Source: Octopus sinensis (Eukaryota). From it: 64,000 bases of DNA. Where the stretch lies: contig NC_043004.1 in assembly GCF_006345805.1 (NCBI RefSeq), forward strand, positions 76,570,001 through 76,634,000, read 5' to 3'. The notes below the pieces were generated by a model, which was given only the letters and a program-made list of their open reading frames with translations, did no database searches and had not been told where the DNA came from. Position numbers and translations under genes: made by a program. This document shows positions 40,211 to 52,423 of the stretch, in pieces (the first letter of the stretch is position 1; each line of letters starts with the position of its first letter).

Positions 40211-40784
40211 TTCATTGAGACCATTTGTTGTTGTGTTGAGAAATGCCATGTTCTGAAACCTTTTCCTCTTATCAAACTCATCATTTCTGAACTTCTAAGT
40301 CTGCAGATAAGATTTTCAAAGATAACCTTCACGAGTTAGAAAGGGTCAAAACCAAGATCTTTCAGGGGTCAGTCCAGCCTACTTTAAGCACTGGGCACAT
40401 CTTTTGTTCTTTATTTGTTTCACTTATTGTACTGTGGCCATGCTGGGGCAATGCCTCAAAGTATTTTTATCGCACAAATTGACCTGAGGACTTTTTTTTT
40501 TCATCAAAGCCTCGCACTTATTCTATCGGTCACTTTTGCTGAATTGCTAAGTTATAGGGATGTAAGTATATCAACATCGATGGTCAAGCAGTGGTGGCGT
40601 GGAGGTAACACAAACATAAAGATAAACATACATAGTACGAAGAGCAAGAACAAAAAAGGAGGAGGAAGGGTAGGAGGAGGAAGAAGAGGAGGAAGCGAAG
40701 GGGATGAAGGGGATGAGGATGTGGAGGCAAAGAAGGAGTAGGAGAAGGGGAGGAGGAGTAAGAAGAAGAAGAAGAAGTAGAAGA

Positions 40785-41348
40785 AGAAGCTTGCTTTCCA
40801 ACCACATGGTTCCAGGTTCATTCTCACTGCATGGCACCTTGTGCAAGAGTCTTCTACTATAACCTTGGGCCAACAAAAGCCTTGTGAGTAGATTTGGTAG
40901 ATGGAAATTGAAAGAAGCATGTCGTATGTATATATATATATATATAGAAGGAGCTTCAACAGGACTAGAACTGTTTCATTCAGATGAAATCTTCAGGAAG
41001 CTGGCTGTCAAAATAAGTTCTGGTATTTATGCATTTAGGCAGATTTAATGGGGTGGTGGTGGGGGACGTTTTTTGGGTAGGTTGGTATTTAGGAGATAAA
41101 CACACATATATATATATGTGTGTGAGTGGGTGTATGTATGTATCTATGTATTTGTGTGTTTGTCCTCCCACCATTGCTTGACAACCGATGTTGGTGTGTT
41201 TACGTCCCTGTAACTCAGCAGTTTAGCAAAGGAGACCACTAGAATAAGTACTAGGCTTACAAAGAATAAGTCCCGGGGTTGATTTGTTCAACTAAAGTTG
41301 GTGCTCCAGCATGGCCACAGTCAAATGACTGAGACAAGTAAAAGAATA
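40785..41348 (+). mobile_element. SINE family B interrupted by a hammerhead-bearing insert
   Basis: Head half 40785-40930, insert about 40947-41100, tail half to 41348. Confidence 0.8.
40952..41002 (-). ncRNA. Type I hammerhead ribozyme motif, intact core
   Basis: Minus strand: AGCTTC-CTGAAGA-TTTCATCTGAAT-GAA-ACAG(TTCTAGTC)CTGT-T-GAAGCT. 6-bp stem I, 4-bp stem III, GUU triplet, weak stem II with a U-U closing mismatch. Confidence 0.7.
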
Positions 41349-41398
41349 ATTCCTATTGATATTTAATTATAAAACTACAGTTGGATTTTTATTATATA

Positions 41399-41755
41399 CA
41401 GTAATCCTTCGCCAGTTGAGATTCCCCTATCATCATCATCATCATCATCATTTAACGTCCGCTTTCCCAGTTTATTATTTAACCCATCGTGTGGTTTTGC
41501 ATTTATTATAAAATAAATATATACAAATTATAAAAATAAGAAAAAAATATACAGACACAGGAGTGGTTGTGTGTCACCAACCACATGGTTCTGGGTTCAG
41601 TCCCACCGCATGGCACCTTGGGCAAGTGTCTTCTACTATAGCCTCGGACCGACCAAAGCTTTGTGAGTGGATTTGGTAGATGGAAACTGAAAGAAGCCCA
41701 TCGTATATGTATGTGTGTGTGTGTGTATATATATATGTATATATATGTATATATA

Positions 41756-41791
<36 letters not shown>

Positions 41792-42110
41792 TGTATGTAT
41801 GTATGTGTGTATATATGTTTGTGTGTCTGTGTTTGTCTTACCAACATCGCTTAGCAACTGATGCTGGTGTGTTTATGTTCCCGTAACTGAGCAGTTTGGC
41901 AAAAGGGACCAATAGCATAAGTACTAGGCTTGCAAAGAATAACTCCTAGGGTCGATTTGCTCGACTATAGGTGATGCTCCAGCATGACCGCAGTCAAATG
42001 ACTGAAACAAGTACACAAAAAGAAAGTACAGAACTGTTTTTACTTCACCGATTTTCACCTATCACAGGGGTTTTTGGAGCGTAACACCCACAACAGTCGA
42101 GGGATTACTG
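41399..42110. mobile_element. Tigger-like MITE interrupted by an RTE tail and SINE B
   Basis: TA|CAGTAATCCTTCG ... CGAGGGATTACTG|TA termini (13 bp, 1 mismatch); SINE B at 41554-42022 lies inside. Confidence 0.6.
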
Positions 42111-42369
42111 TACATCACATGACTATGGAGGGGCCCAGTGGAGTTAAATAGGAATCAAAAGGTTTCATGGGCAAAAAAATGGTTGAGAACTACTGCTCCA
42201 GGCAGCTTTGGCTGCTATTTCTACCAGGCCGGGCAACCACATAGAAGTTTCCTCAATGGCTCGTTGATAATGATGATGATGGTGACATCATTGTTGTTGT
42301 TGTTGTAGTTGTTGTTGTTCTTGGTGGTGGTGGTGGTGAAATTCCTTTGGTTTTATACTAAGTTGTTTT

Positions 42370-42563
42370 TCTTTTATTCTTTTATTTGTTTCAGTCATCT
42401 GACTGCGGCCATGCTGGAGCACCACCTTTAGTCGAACAGATCGATCCCAGGACTTACTTTGTAAGCCTTTTGCCAAAACGCTAAGTTACAGGGACGTAAA
42501 CACACAAACAACGGCTGTCAAGCAATGGTGGAAGACACACAAACATATACATATACATACATG

Positions 42564-42604
<41 letters not shown>

Positions 42605-42838
42605 TCTTTTACTTGTTTCAGTCATTTGACTGCGGCCATGCTGGAGCGCGAACTTTAGTCGAGCAAATCGACCCCAGGACTTATTCTTTGGAAGCCTAGT
42701 ACTTATTCTATCGGTCTCTTTTGCTGAACTGCCAAGTTACGGGGATGTAAACACACCAGCATCGGTTGTCAAGCGATGTTGGTGGGACAAACACAGACAC
42801 ACAGACATATACACACACATACACACACACACACACAC

Positions 42839-42875
<37 letters not shown>

Positions 42876-43091
42876 TCTTTTACTTGTTTCAGTCATTTGA
42901 CTGCGGCCATGCTGGAGCGCGAACTTTAGTCGAGCAAATCGACCCCAGGACTTATTCTTTGGAAGCCTAGTACTTATTCTATCGGTCTCTTTTGCTGAAC
43001 TGCCAAGTTACGGGGATGTAAACACACCAGCATCGGTTGTCAAGCGATGTTGGTGGGACAAACACAGACACACAGACATATACACACACAT

Positions 43092-43128
<37 letters not shown>

Positions 43129-43291
43129 CAACAGGCTTGTTTCAGTTTCCGTCTACCAAATCCACTCACAAGGCTTTGGTCGGCCCGAGACTATAGTAGA
43201 AGACACTTGCCCAAGGTACCTTGCAGTGGGCTTGAACTCGGAACCATGTGGTTGGTAAGCAAGCTACTTACCACACAGCCATTCCTGTGCC
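42370..43291 (-). mobile_element. SINE family B with tandemly repeated tail halves
   Basis: Near-identical units offset by 271 bp (42601 vs 42872); an older partial unit at 42370-42560. Confidence 0.9.
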
Positions 43292-44031
43292 TGTTTCTTT
43301 GAATATTCGGGAAGGATGGTTGCTCTAGTCTATCATCAGTCAATATATTTTGGCTTAGAAGGAAAATCTTCTCGAAATAAGATTTACTGACATGAGGTGT
43401 ATACCATTCAATGTTTCGTGAAACAAGAGAAGGGGGAATGGTGTTGGTGGTGATGGTGGTGGGGGAAAACATTGAAATTATTATCGAGATCTTAAATAAT
43501 TTGATAGTTACACAATTTTCTCTGGCTGTCAAGATAAATAACTTGTTAGATGTCTACTCAAGATCATATAAGCCAATATAAATAGACATTACTTTACTGT
43601 GTGTGTGTCTAGAGATGTATATGTGCAGGCGTGTGCACGCGCGTGCGTGTGTGGGTGCATGTGTGTTTGCAGCTCTGTGTGTATTCTGTTTGTCAAACAG
43701 CAGTGAAGAAGATGGATGATGTGTATCTAATGCCTGCTTACCTGCGTGGGAGGAAAGTGACATCTCTGCTCGGTGCCTAGGTATGTATATGTGCAGGTGT
43801 GTGTGCATGCGCGCTCATGTGTGTATGTGTGTGTGTGAGAGTGTGTAGGTCTGTGTGAGTGTTTATATGAATATATATATATGGTGTGTGTGTGCATGTG
43901 TGTGTTAGTATGTATGTATATAAAAATGTGTGTGTGTGTTCGTATGTATGTATATATATATATACATATATGTATGTGTGTGTATGTGTAATAACTATAT
44001 ATGTATGTGTATGTGTGTATATATATGTATG

Positions 44032-44083
<52 letters not shown>

Positions 44084-44132
44084 CATACATATATATATAT
44101 ATATATGTACATGTATATGTGTGTGTGTGTGT

Positions 44133-44206
<74 letters not shown>

Positions 44207-44684
44207 TGTATGTGTATGTGTGTATATATATGTATGTATGTGTTAACATCTAGGTGTACCATGAACGTTTGTCAGACAGCAGTGAAGAAGATGAATGTGT
44301 ATTTAATGCTTGCCACTTGCGTGGGAGGAAAGTGACATGTCTGCCAGCAGTGTAGTTTTCCCAATCTTATTGAGATGTATTTGTATTAATCTGTTGGTAC
44401 AACAGACAAGAAGAACTCAGCCAGGTCTTTTTTCTTTTTGCTTTTGATAATATGAGGATGAGCTGAAATATCAAGTTTGCAAATAAAAGAGATCCATAAC
44501 TCCATAAATGTTTGGTGTAAGATTATTCTAATTACTCTGACCTTATCAGACTCTCGTTTGGAAATGGAAGTACGTAAAAATGTCATCTCTAATAATTACA
44601 GACTTGATTGAGACGTCTGCCACCTTTCATTTGCAGTGTTTTTTTTTCCATCTCATGGTATTTATGTTTAAAAATAAAACAGTT

Positions 44685-45052
44685 CCCAACCTCAGGTATC
44701 TCGGTTCAGTCCCACTGTGTGGCACCTTGAGCAAGTGTCTTCTACTATAGCCTTGTGCTGACCAAAGCCTTGTGAGTGGATTTGGTAGATGGAAACTGAA
44801 AGAAGCCCATCATTTGTGTGTGTGTGTGTGCGTGCCTCTGTGTGCTTATGTCTGTGAGTGTGCTCTCTATCGCTTGACAACTGGTGTTGGTTTGTTTACA
44901 TTCACATAACTTAGTGGTTCAGGAAAGGATAACTGATAGAATATTTATCAGGCTTAAAAAAAAAAATTAAGCCCTGGAGTCAATTATTCAACGAAAATTC
45001 TTCAAGGTGCTGCTCCAGCATGGCCACTGTCTAATGACTGAAACAAGTAAAA
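44685..45052 (+). mobile_element. SINE family B
   Basis: CORE-like CACCTTGAGCAAGTGTCTT and tail GCTCCAGCATGGCC. Confidence 0.85.
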
Positions 45053-45706
45053 TGTGAAAGAAAAGATAAAAGATAAATATATTTAGATCCTAGATACAGT
45101 TCACAGATGCTCTGAGGTGGAAGCATCATCAGCGATGTGTCTGGGATCTCAGGCAGTTTCAGGCCTTTCAGCATGGGACCGCTTATCCCATTTAACCCAG
45201 CCAAGGTTGATGAAGCTCCAACTTGCTACCCAATAGCAGCAAACACTGACCTACCCGCTTTATCCAAAGCCACCTGGTGGCCTTTCCTGCAGCTTTAGTA
45301 ATGGAATTTTTGGTCCTCCTCTTTGCATTATTAACTCCAAGTCCAGTCAAGATATGAAAAGGCATGTGGCCAAGTGGTTAAGCAACTGGGCTTTCAATAA
45401 TAAGATCATAAGTTCAGTTCCTGATCGGGGAGATGCATTAATATCTTTGAGCAAAGCCCTTTATTTTCAGTTATTGCAGTCCATTCAGCTGCTAAAAATA
45501 AATATTGAAATTAACAGAGAGCCTTGTTTCTTTCCAAGTAAACTGACATCTCACTGTTCAAAGTAGACTTCAAAAGCAATTAACTGTGACAAAATCAACA
45601 AAATTTGGCATCTTGCTGTTATTGATTACTTGTAGAAAAAAAAGGGTTTGGCCCCCAAGGACATTCCTGCTAACATTAGGGAATGATGCTTCAACTTTAT
45701 CAATAA

Positions 45707-46080
45707 CTAGCAGTATCACCCGGCGTTGCTTGGGTTTGTTTCAACCCTTTAGAATTGGAATTTTGCATTATGTAGCTTGTTATTCTCTTTAAGTGAACAT
45801 TTTTCTGGTTGAAATACACCGAAAAATGGCAACACAGCATTCAAAAAATCGTGAAAAATAGGGATTTTCATAGAAAAAAAGCACCTTTTCGATGTAAATA
45901 ATTTTTGGTGCTAACATGGTCCGATTTGAATTTTTTCTTCTACGGAAGGAAGAAAAACCCTTCTTCGATCATACTCTCAATTTTGGTCATCTTGCGCCAT
46001 AGTGTCTTGGAGGAGATAGTGTTAGTTGAAGGCTACCAAACCTGCCATACACAGACAAGACAGCTTTATATAGAGAAAGA
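45707..46080 (-). mobile_element. Non-autonomous Helitron-like element, family 2, second copy
   Basis: Reverse complement of 39013-39405 with a short internal deletion; A|TC start at 46080, CTAG|T end at 45707. Confidence 0.85.
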
Positions 46081-46197
46081 TGTAAAAGTGGGCAGCTGAA
46101 TTTAGGAGTGGAAGGGAGAATTCTGAATATGACCCCAGGTCTGGATGTCCTGCAACTGCCATCACCAAGTAAAACAGATGCTGTTCACCACATTCTC

Positions 46198-46609
46198 TTT
46201 TACTCTTTATCTTTTGCTTGCTTCAGTCATTTGACTGCGACCATGCTGGAGCACTACCTTTAGTTGAGCAAATCGACCCCAGGACTTATTCTTTGCAAGC
46301 CTAGTACTTATTCTATCAGTCTCTTTTGCTGAACTGCTCAGTTATGGAGACAAAAACACACCAACATTGGTTGCCAAGCGATGTTGGGGGGACAAACACG
46401 GACACACAAACATACACACACAAACACACACACACACACATATATACAACTGGCTTCTTTCAGTTTCCATCTACCATATCCACTCACAAGGCTTTGGTTG
46501 GTCCGAGGCTATAGTAGAAGACATTTGCCCAAGGTTCCATGCAGTGAGAATGAACCCAGAACCATGTGGTTGGTAAGCAAGCTACTTACCACACAGCCAC
46601 TCCTGTGCC
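46198..46609 (-). mobile_element. SINE family B nested in the mariner ORF
   Basis: Full family B consensus between the codons for HHIL and DDR. Confidence 0.9.
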
Positions 46610-47461
46610 TGGATGATAGGAAATTGACTATAAATCAAATAGCCAATGCTATTAGCATATCCTGTTAAAGAGTTGAGAATATTCTGCACAATGAACTTGA
46701 CATGATGAAGATTTCTGTTCCGTGGGTGCCATGTCTTCTGACACCAGGCTGATCCCATCATGGCAAGATCTGACTTTGTTTGAGGCAGATCCAACTGATT
46801 TCCTGGAACGTTTCCTGAATCAGAGACAAAGAAACAATCCATGCTGTGCAAGCAGCCCCTCCTCACCTGCTCTACTGAAGGTCATGATCATTTCATCTGC
46901 AGGGAAGGTGATGGCCTCAGTTTTTAGGGATACAAAAGCATTGTGTTTATTGGCTATCTTCAAAAGGGCCATGCTGTCAATGGAGAGTGCTATGCCAAGG
47001 TACTGAGGCAGTTACAAAAGGCTATCAAGACCAAATGCCCAAGAGAACTGCCAAAAGGTATCTTGGTTGATCAAGACAATGTTCCAGTGCACAAGTCCTT
47101 GCTTTTAATGGCTGTTGTGTATGATTGTGGCTTTGAAAATGTTGATGAGCCTCCCTATTCTCTTGATTTGGCCCCATCTGACTACCAGCTATTCTCCAAC
47201 ATGAAAAATCTCATGGCTGAGAACCAGCATCACAGTGATGATGATGTCTCATATCTGCTGTTGATGAATTTTTTTGACCAACAGGATGAAAGCTTCTTTA
47301 CCAACGGGATCCAAGCACCACAAGACCAAATGGAAGAAGTGTATGGACCAATGGAGGGGACGGGGAAGGGGGACTCTGTTGAAAAATAAACCTCATTTGG
47401 TCACATTCCACAAGAGTATCTTGGCCACCCTATGAACTTTTCAGCTGACCCCCATACATCA

Positions 47462-48290
47462 ACTGCAGCATCTTCAGGTCAACCTTCATCACTTTTCCTT
47501 GGCCTCCTGAGTTTCACTAAATTGGAGAGCTCAGCTCTTTATGCAGCAATTATCCTCTCTGTATATCACATGTTCATACTAATGCATTTGTCTTCTTTGT
47601 ACACAAAAGTTGATCTGCTTTGCATGAAGATTCCCTCTCAGTTCATTCGTTATGCTGACATTCAAACACACTAACATTACACTTTGATGAGAGCATGCCT
47701 GGTTCATTTCTTTCTAGTCTTTGCAAGTCTTCTGTGTCCATGGTCCAAATTACTTTATTATGCAGCATAAGAGTGTCACGTAAAAGCACCCACTACACTC
47801 TCAGAGTGGTTGGCGTTAGGAAGGGCATCCAATTGTAGAAGATCGGCAAGACCAGATTGGAGCCTGGTGCAGCCATCTGGCTCACCAGTCTTCAGTCAAA
47901 CCGTCCAACTCATGACAGCATGGAAAGTGCATGTTAAACGATGATGATGATGATGATGATGATATAACACCTCTAACTCAAACATCTTACAATCTATCCT
48001 CCTCTCTGAGGGAAAAGACCTTTATTACCAGCAGAGGTAGCAGCTCATTGAACTTTCTCCAACCTATTCTTACCCTGGCCATTATATTTCCAAACAATTA
48101 CCTCCTCTGATTGCCAAGGTAAAGAAAGTTATCTGCTCCTTCTAGTGAACCAGCTGGGCATTTTCAGAGAATCTGTTTCCGCTTTGTTCATAAAGCGTAT
48201 TATTCCAGTGCCTCTGCCACATACAAAACATGTCTTCTCTGTTAGTCCAGCTGTGATCCCATTATATTTCTTGCACGTCTACGGCTGACA
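47462..48290 (-). mobile_element. Old RTE LINE fragment interrupted by an RTE 3' tail (47773-47963, +)
   Basis: Minus-strand DNFLYLG...ARVRIGWRKFNELLPLL...MLH...EDLQRLERNEPGML, homologous to 31011-31650. Confidence 0.75.
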
Positions 48291-48379
48291 AGGCATACAA
48301 CATATGAAGTTTATGGTATAACTATACGAATACGTGTGAGTGTGTCTATCTTGATTCATAACTACATATGTTTGTATAT

Positions 48380-48415
48380 ACTAAATATATATATGTATGT
48401 ATGTATATGTATGCA

Positions 48416-48459
<44 letters not shown>

Positions 48460-49446
48460 AACGATGATGTTATATACATACATATATATATGTGTGTGCA
48501 TCTATCTATATATATAGATATGTGTGTATGTGTCTCTGTGTGAGTATATATATACATACACACATATATATATATATACATATACATATATATATGTGCG
48601 CGTGTGTGTGTGTATACAAACACATATGCACACACAAACACATATAAACTGAATTTGATGTTTGGTAAAGCTTTTAGAACAAATATATCAATAATTATTA
48701 ATGTCATTGAGTGTATATGAGTGTGTGTGTGTGTATGTGAGTCTGTGTGTGTGAATGTGTGTGCGTGAATGCGTGTGTGTGTGTGTGTGTGTGTGTTTAA
48801 TGTACTAAGAAAAATCAATAGTGAGGATATGGTAATCTGGAGTTCCAGACAAAGATCAATGTTAAATAGGATTTTCAGATTAGTAACCGCACTAACGCTG
48901 CAGAGTTTTAATTACTTTATTTACAGAAACCAGCAGAAGGTCATGTTTCAGAGAAGAGACAATTTTGTGCTTCAACACAACCTTGTGTGTACCACTGCTT
49001 TCAACAGCATAAAGAGCTCACTTCCCATCTTGCTAATGTTAATATGGCTTCCATTCCAGCCAAGGTGTGTTATATATATATATATACATACATACATACA
49101 TATATATATATACATACACACACACACACACATATATACACACATACAGATATATATATATACACACACACAGATATATATATACATACATACGAGCCTG
49201 GTGCAGCCTTCTGGCTTCCCAGATCCCCGGTCGAACCGTCCAACCCATGCTAGCATGGAGAACGGACGTTAAATGATGATGATGATGATGATGATATACA
49301 TACATACATACATATATATATATACATACGCATACATATATGTATATATATATATATACACATACATATATTGATATATATATAGATATATATAATGTGT
49401 ATGTATATATATATGCACATATATATATATATATTCATATACATAT

Positions 49447-49494
<48 letters not shown>

Positions 49495-49600
49495 TATCAC
49501 ATTATATCATATATATATCTTATATTATATTATATCATATATATATATATAATATGTATTATATACTGTATAATATATATAATATGCATATATAAGGAAT
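48380..49600. repeat. TA/TG/TACA microsatellite clusters with an RTE 3' tail at about 49195-49293
   Basis: Direct reading. Confidence 0.85.
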
Positions 49601-50497
49601 ATGTATTTGTGTGTGTGTGTGTGTGCATTTTTGAATTTATATATGTTATGCCACAGTATTCTTTTTTTATTATTCTTTTATCGGCTTCAGCTCGAAGCCG
49701 TGGCCATGCTGGGGCAAGAACTCAATTCATCTTGGTCTTTATACATTACCCAGAACAGAGGAACTGTCACTTAAATTTCCTGCCTATGCACATTGGCAAT
49801 TGTCAGGTAAAATGCAATTTTTGACGGCATCAACAATTTTTCATTTTATTTGATAAAAATTATTTTCATTTTCGAATAATCATCTCACACTTTCCTCATA
49901 GCCATATTGAATATCCATTTGTTGATGTAATCAATTATTACATCTTCTTCCCTGAACACAACTGATCATCATGTATTTCCATGAAACTTGAATACTCTGA
50001 GTATAAAGACTATCATATATGTATGCTTGTATATGTATCTATACACATGAATTTATATGTACGCATATATATATGTGTGTGTGTGTGTCTGCATATATAT
50101 ATACCAAGTGCCACCTCTGATACCAAGTACCATGTATCAGAGGTTTCACATACTAGTGTAGCACAGTCAACAGTGGTGCCCCCAGGTTTCAGGCTGAAAC
50201 ATTTTTAAGGATTTAAGGATATATATATATATATATGTATATATCTATTATATATATATGTATGTATTCTCTTCATTTGTTTATCTATCAGGATGATGGC
50301 CATGATATCACTCATTGATGATCTGAGACTGACTGAAAGTCGTTTCTTTCTTTGGTCAGTGCACCAAAACATCTTGACCTTTGTTATCTTTCTCTCTCTT
50401 GTACTCAGCTCATTTGCCCCGGGACAATTCAGGCATCTTCTGATAAGGTTGCTTGATACACCCTACTCAGTAATATATATATATATATGTATATATC

Positions 50498-50556
<59 letters not shown>

Positions 50557-50592
50557 TAGATATATACTTTATTTTAAAGCAGCAGAAATATA

Positions 50593-50640
50593 ACAAAAGC
50601 TGTTACTCTGAGTTTCACTCCCGTTCGTCGGACAGTTTTT
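50593..50640 (-). ncRNA. Type I hammerhead motif with U4C core change
   Basis: Minus strand: AAAACTGT-CCGACGA-AC(GGGA)GT-GAA-ACTCAGAGT-A-ACAGCTTT. Confidence 0.6.
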
Positions 50641-50655
50641 GTTAAACAGTTTAAC

Positions 50656-50701
50656 AAAACTGTCTGACGAATGGGAATGTGAAACTCTGAGTAACAGTTT
50701 T
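50656..50701 (+). ncRNA. Type I minimal hammerhead ribozyme motif, intact core
   Basis: AAAACTGT(50656-63)-CTGACGA(50664-70)-ATGGGAATGT-GAA-ACTCTGAGT-A(50693)-ACAGTTTT(50694-701). Perfect 8-bp stem I, near-palindromic stem III, GUA triplet. Confidence 0.8.
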
Positions 50702-52423
50702 TGTTATATTTCTGCTGCTTTTAAATAAAGCATATTACTCTACCTCTGGTATTTTAGTACTCTTTTTTCTACCTTGTTTCACATTTACGTGCTTGCTCTG
50801 GTATATATATATATATATATATATTTACAAAATATGGGGGTTTAGTTCACAGGTGATCTAGACGACAAGGTGCACTATATATACACACACACACACACAC
50901 ATGTAGCTGTGTATGAATGCATATTTATGCTTATCAATAACCTGATATGCACATTGAGAATAAAACCAAAATATACACAAAGGATATGTGTGTCTTCAAA
51001 ACAGATCTTGTTCAACCAGTTTGGAATCAAAAAATCAATAAGCTAGGAATTTATAAAATACTGGTACACAGAGAATATTTTAGGGAACAAAGGTGGAGTT
51101 TTTACAATTCCATAATGGACTTCTAAGACTTAGTATATTTGATTAATATTGAAATATGCTAATGTTAAGGTATAAATTAATAGTAACTTTGGTGGCAATA
51201 ATGATGCTGTCTTACATAGGAACAAAATAGCAAATAATAGGAGAGGGAAAAATCTATTAGGTTGGTCCCTGCCCACCACTACACACACCATTGCAGTATT
51301 TGATGTGCTATTTATTTCACTGACCTTGAAAGATGAAAGGCAAGAGATGAAATTTTATTGTAATTCCATTCACGTTTAGGATACATTACAAGAATTTTAA
51401 AGCAATCCCTGAGCTTGACTGGCACTTTATTTTATCAATCTTTGGTGGATGTAAGGCAAAGATGATGTGGGCAGGTATTTAAGTCAAAATTAGAAGGTTT
51501 GTAACAAGACACCATAGATGTCTGCTCTGATGCACAAACGATTTTGCCAGTCCATTGCCTAAGTTGACCCTGGTTGGATAATATTAGTTAACAACATTCA
51601 TTTCTAATATACACACAAGGCCAGAAATTTTTCATGAAAGGGTCAGTTAAATAGACCCCCATTCTTGATTAGTTTTGATTTTATTGATTTTGAAATGACG
51701 AAATGCAATGTTGTCTTCAGTGAGATTTGATCTCAGAATCTAATGAGCCAAAACTAAATACCACATGCCAAAGTGGTGGTGGTGGTGGTGGTGTGATGTT
51801 GAACAAAGCAAAAAATTAATTCAACATCCCACCACACACAAGGAACATCATTTCATCAGGTTCTATGGTTTTCAAGTGAACTTCCATCCGCAAGGTTTTG
51901 ACACAGAGCTTTGATAGAAGATAGCTGACACCAAGGTGTCATACAGTGGAATTGAACCTGAATTTACATCGTTGCTAAGTGGATTATTTAACAACACTGT
52001 CAAACCTGTGAATCATGTTTGTTTTGCTTATTAAGTAAAACTCATGGTTGTTTAAAAATTAGCCAACTAATTTGAAAGGTTCATTAAAAGCTATCAGATC
52101 AAAATCAAACTGTCTTAAATAGCTGCAAATCCCCCAGAAGGTCTGTTGTAATGCATAAGAAGCACAATGTGGTGGTCAATTGGAGAAAAATGGGATATTG
52201 TCCTTATGCTATAACATATTGTACAAAACAAAGCAATTTTCAAGAATTATCATGAAATTGAAAAAGTTGAATACAGAATGGGGAGTGTCTAAATTATGAA
52301 CAAAATTGAATAAAATTAACACAAAAGTACATATGTCATTATATGTATGTGTGTGTGTGTGTATGTGTGTGTGTGTGTGTGTGTGTATATTGATTGATTG
52401 TTTGGAGTGGTGTACAGATTCTA

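Larger units (their letters stand above)
45596..47389 (+). pseudogene. Mariner transposase pseudogene, split by two insertions; element about 45500-47454
   Basis: KIWHLAVIDYL*KK/GLAPKDIPA/TLGNDASTLS [Helitron] KWAAEFRSGRENSEYDPRSGCPA...VHHIL [SINE] DDRKLTINQIA...WVPCLL...SAGKVMASVF...DQDNVPVHK...PPYSLDLAPSDYQLF. 3' TIR CCTATGAACTTTTCAGCTGACCCCCA then TA at 47455-56. Confidence 0.9.
50563..50801. mobile_element. Hairpin element: about 85-bp inverted arms with 1-nt spacer (50648) plus a 3' extension to (TA)n; probable Penelope-like terminus
   Basis: Left arm 50563-50647 pairs with right arm 50649-50734; TA/TAGA microsatellite on both flanks. Confidence 0.8.
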
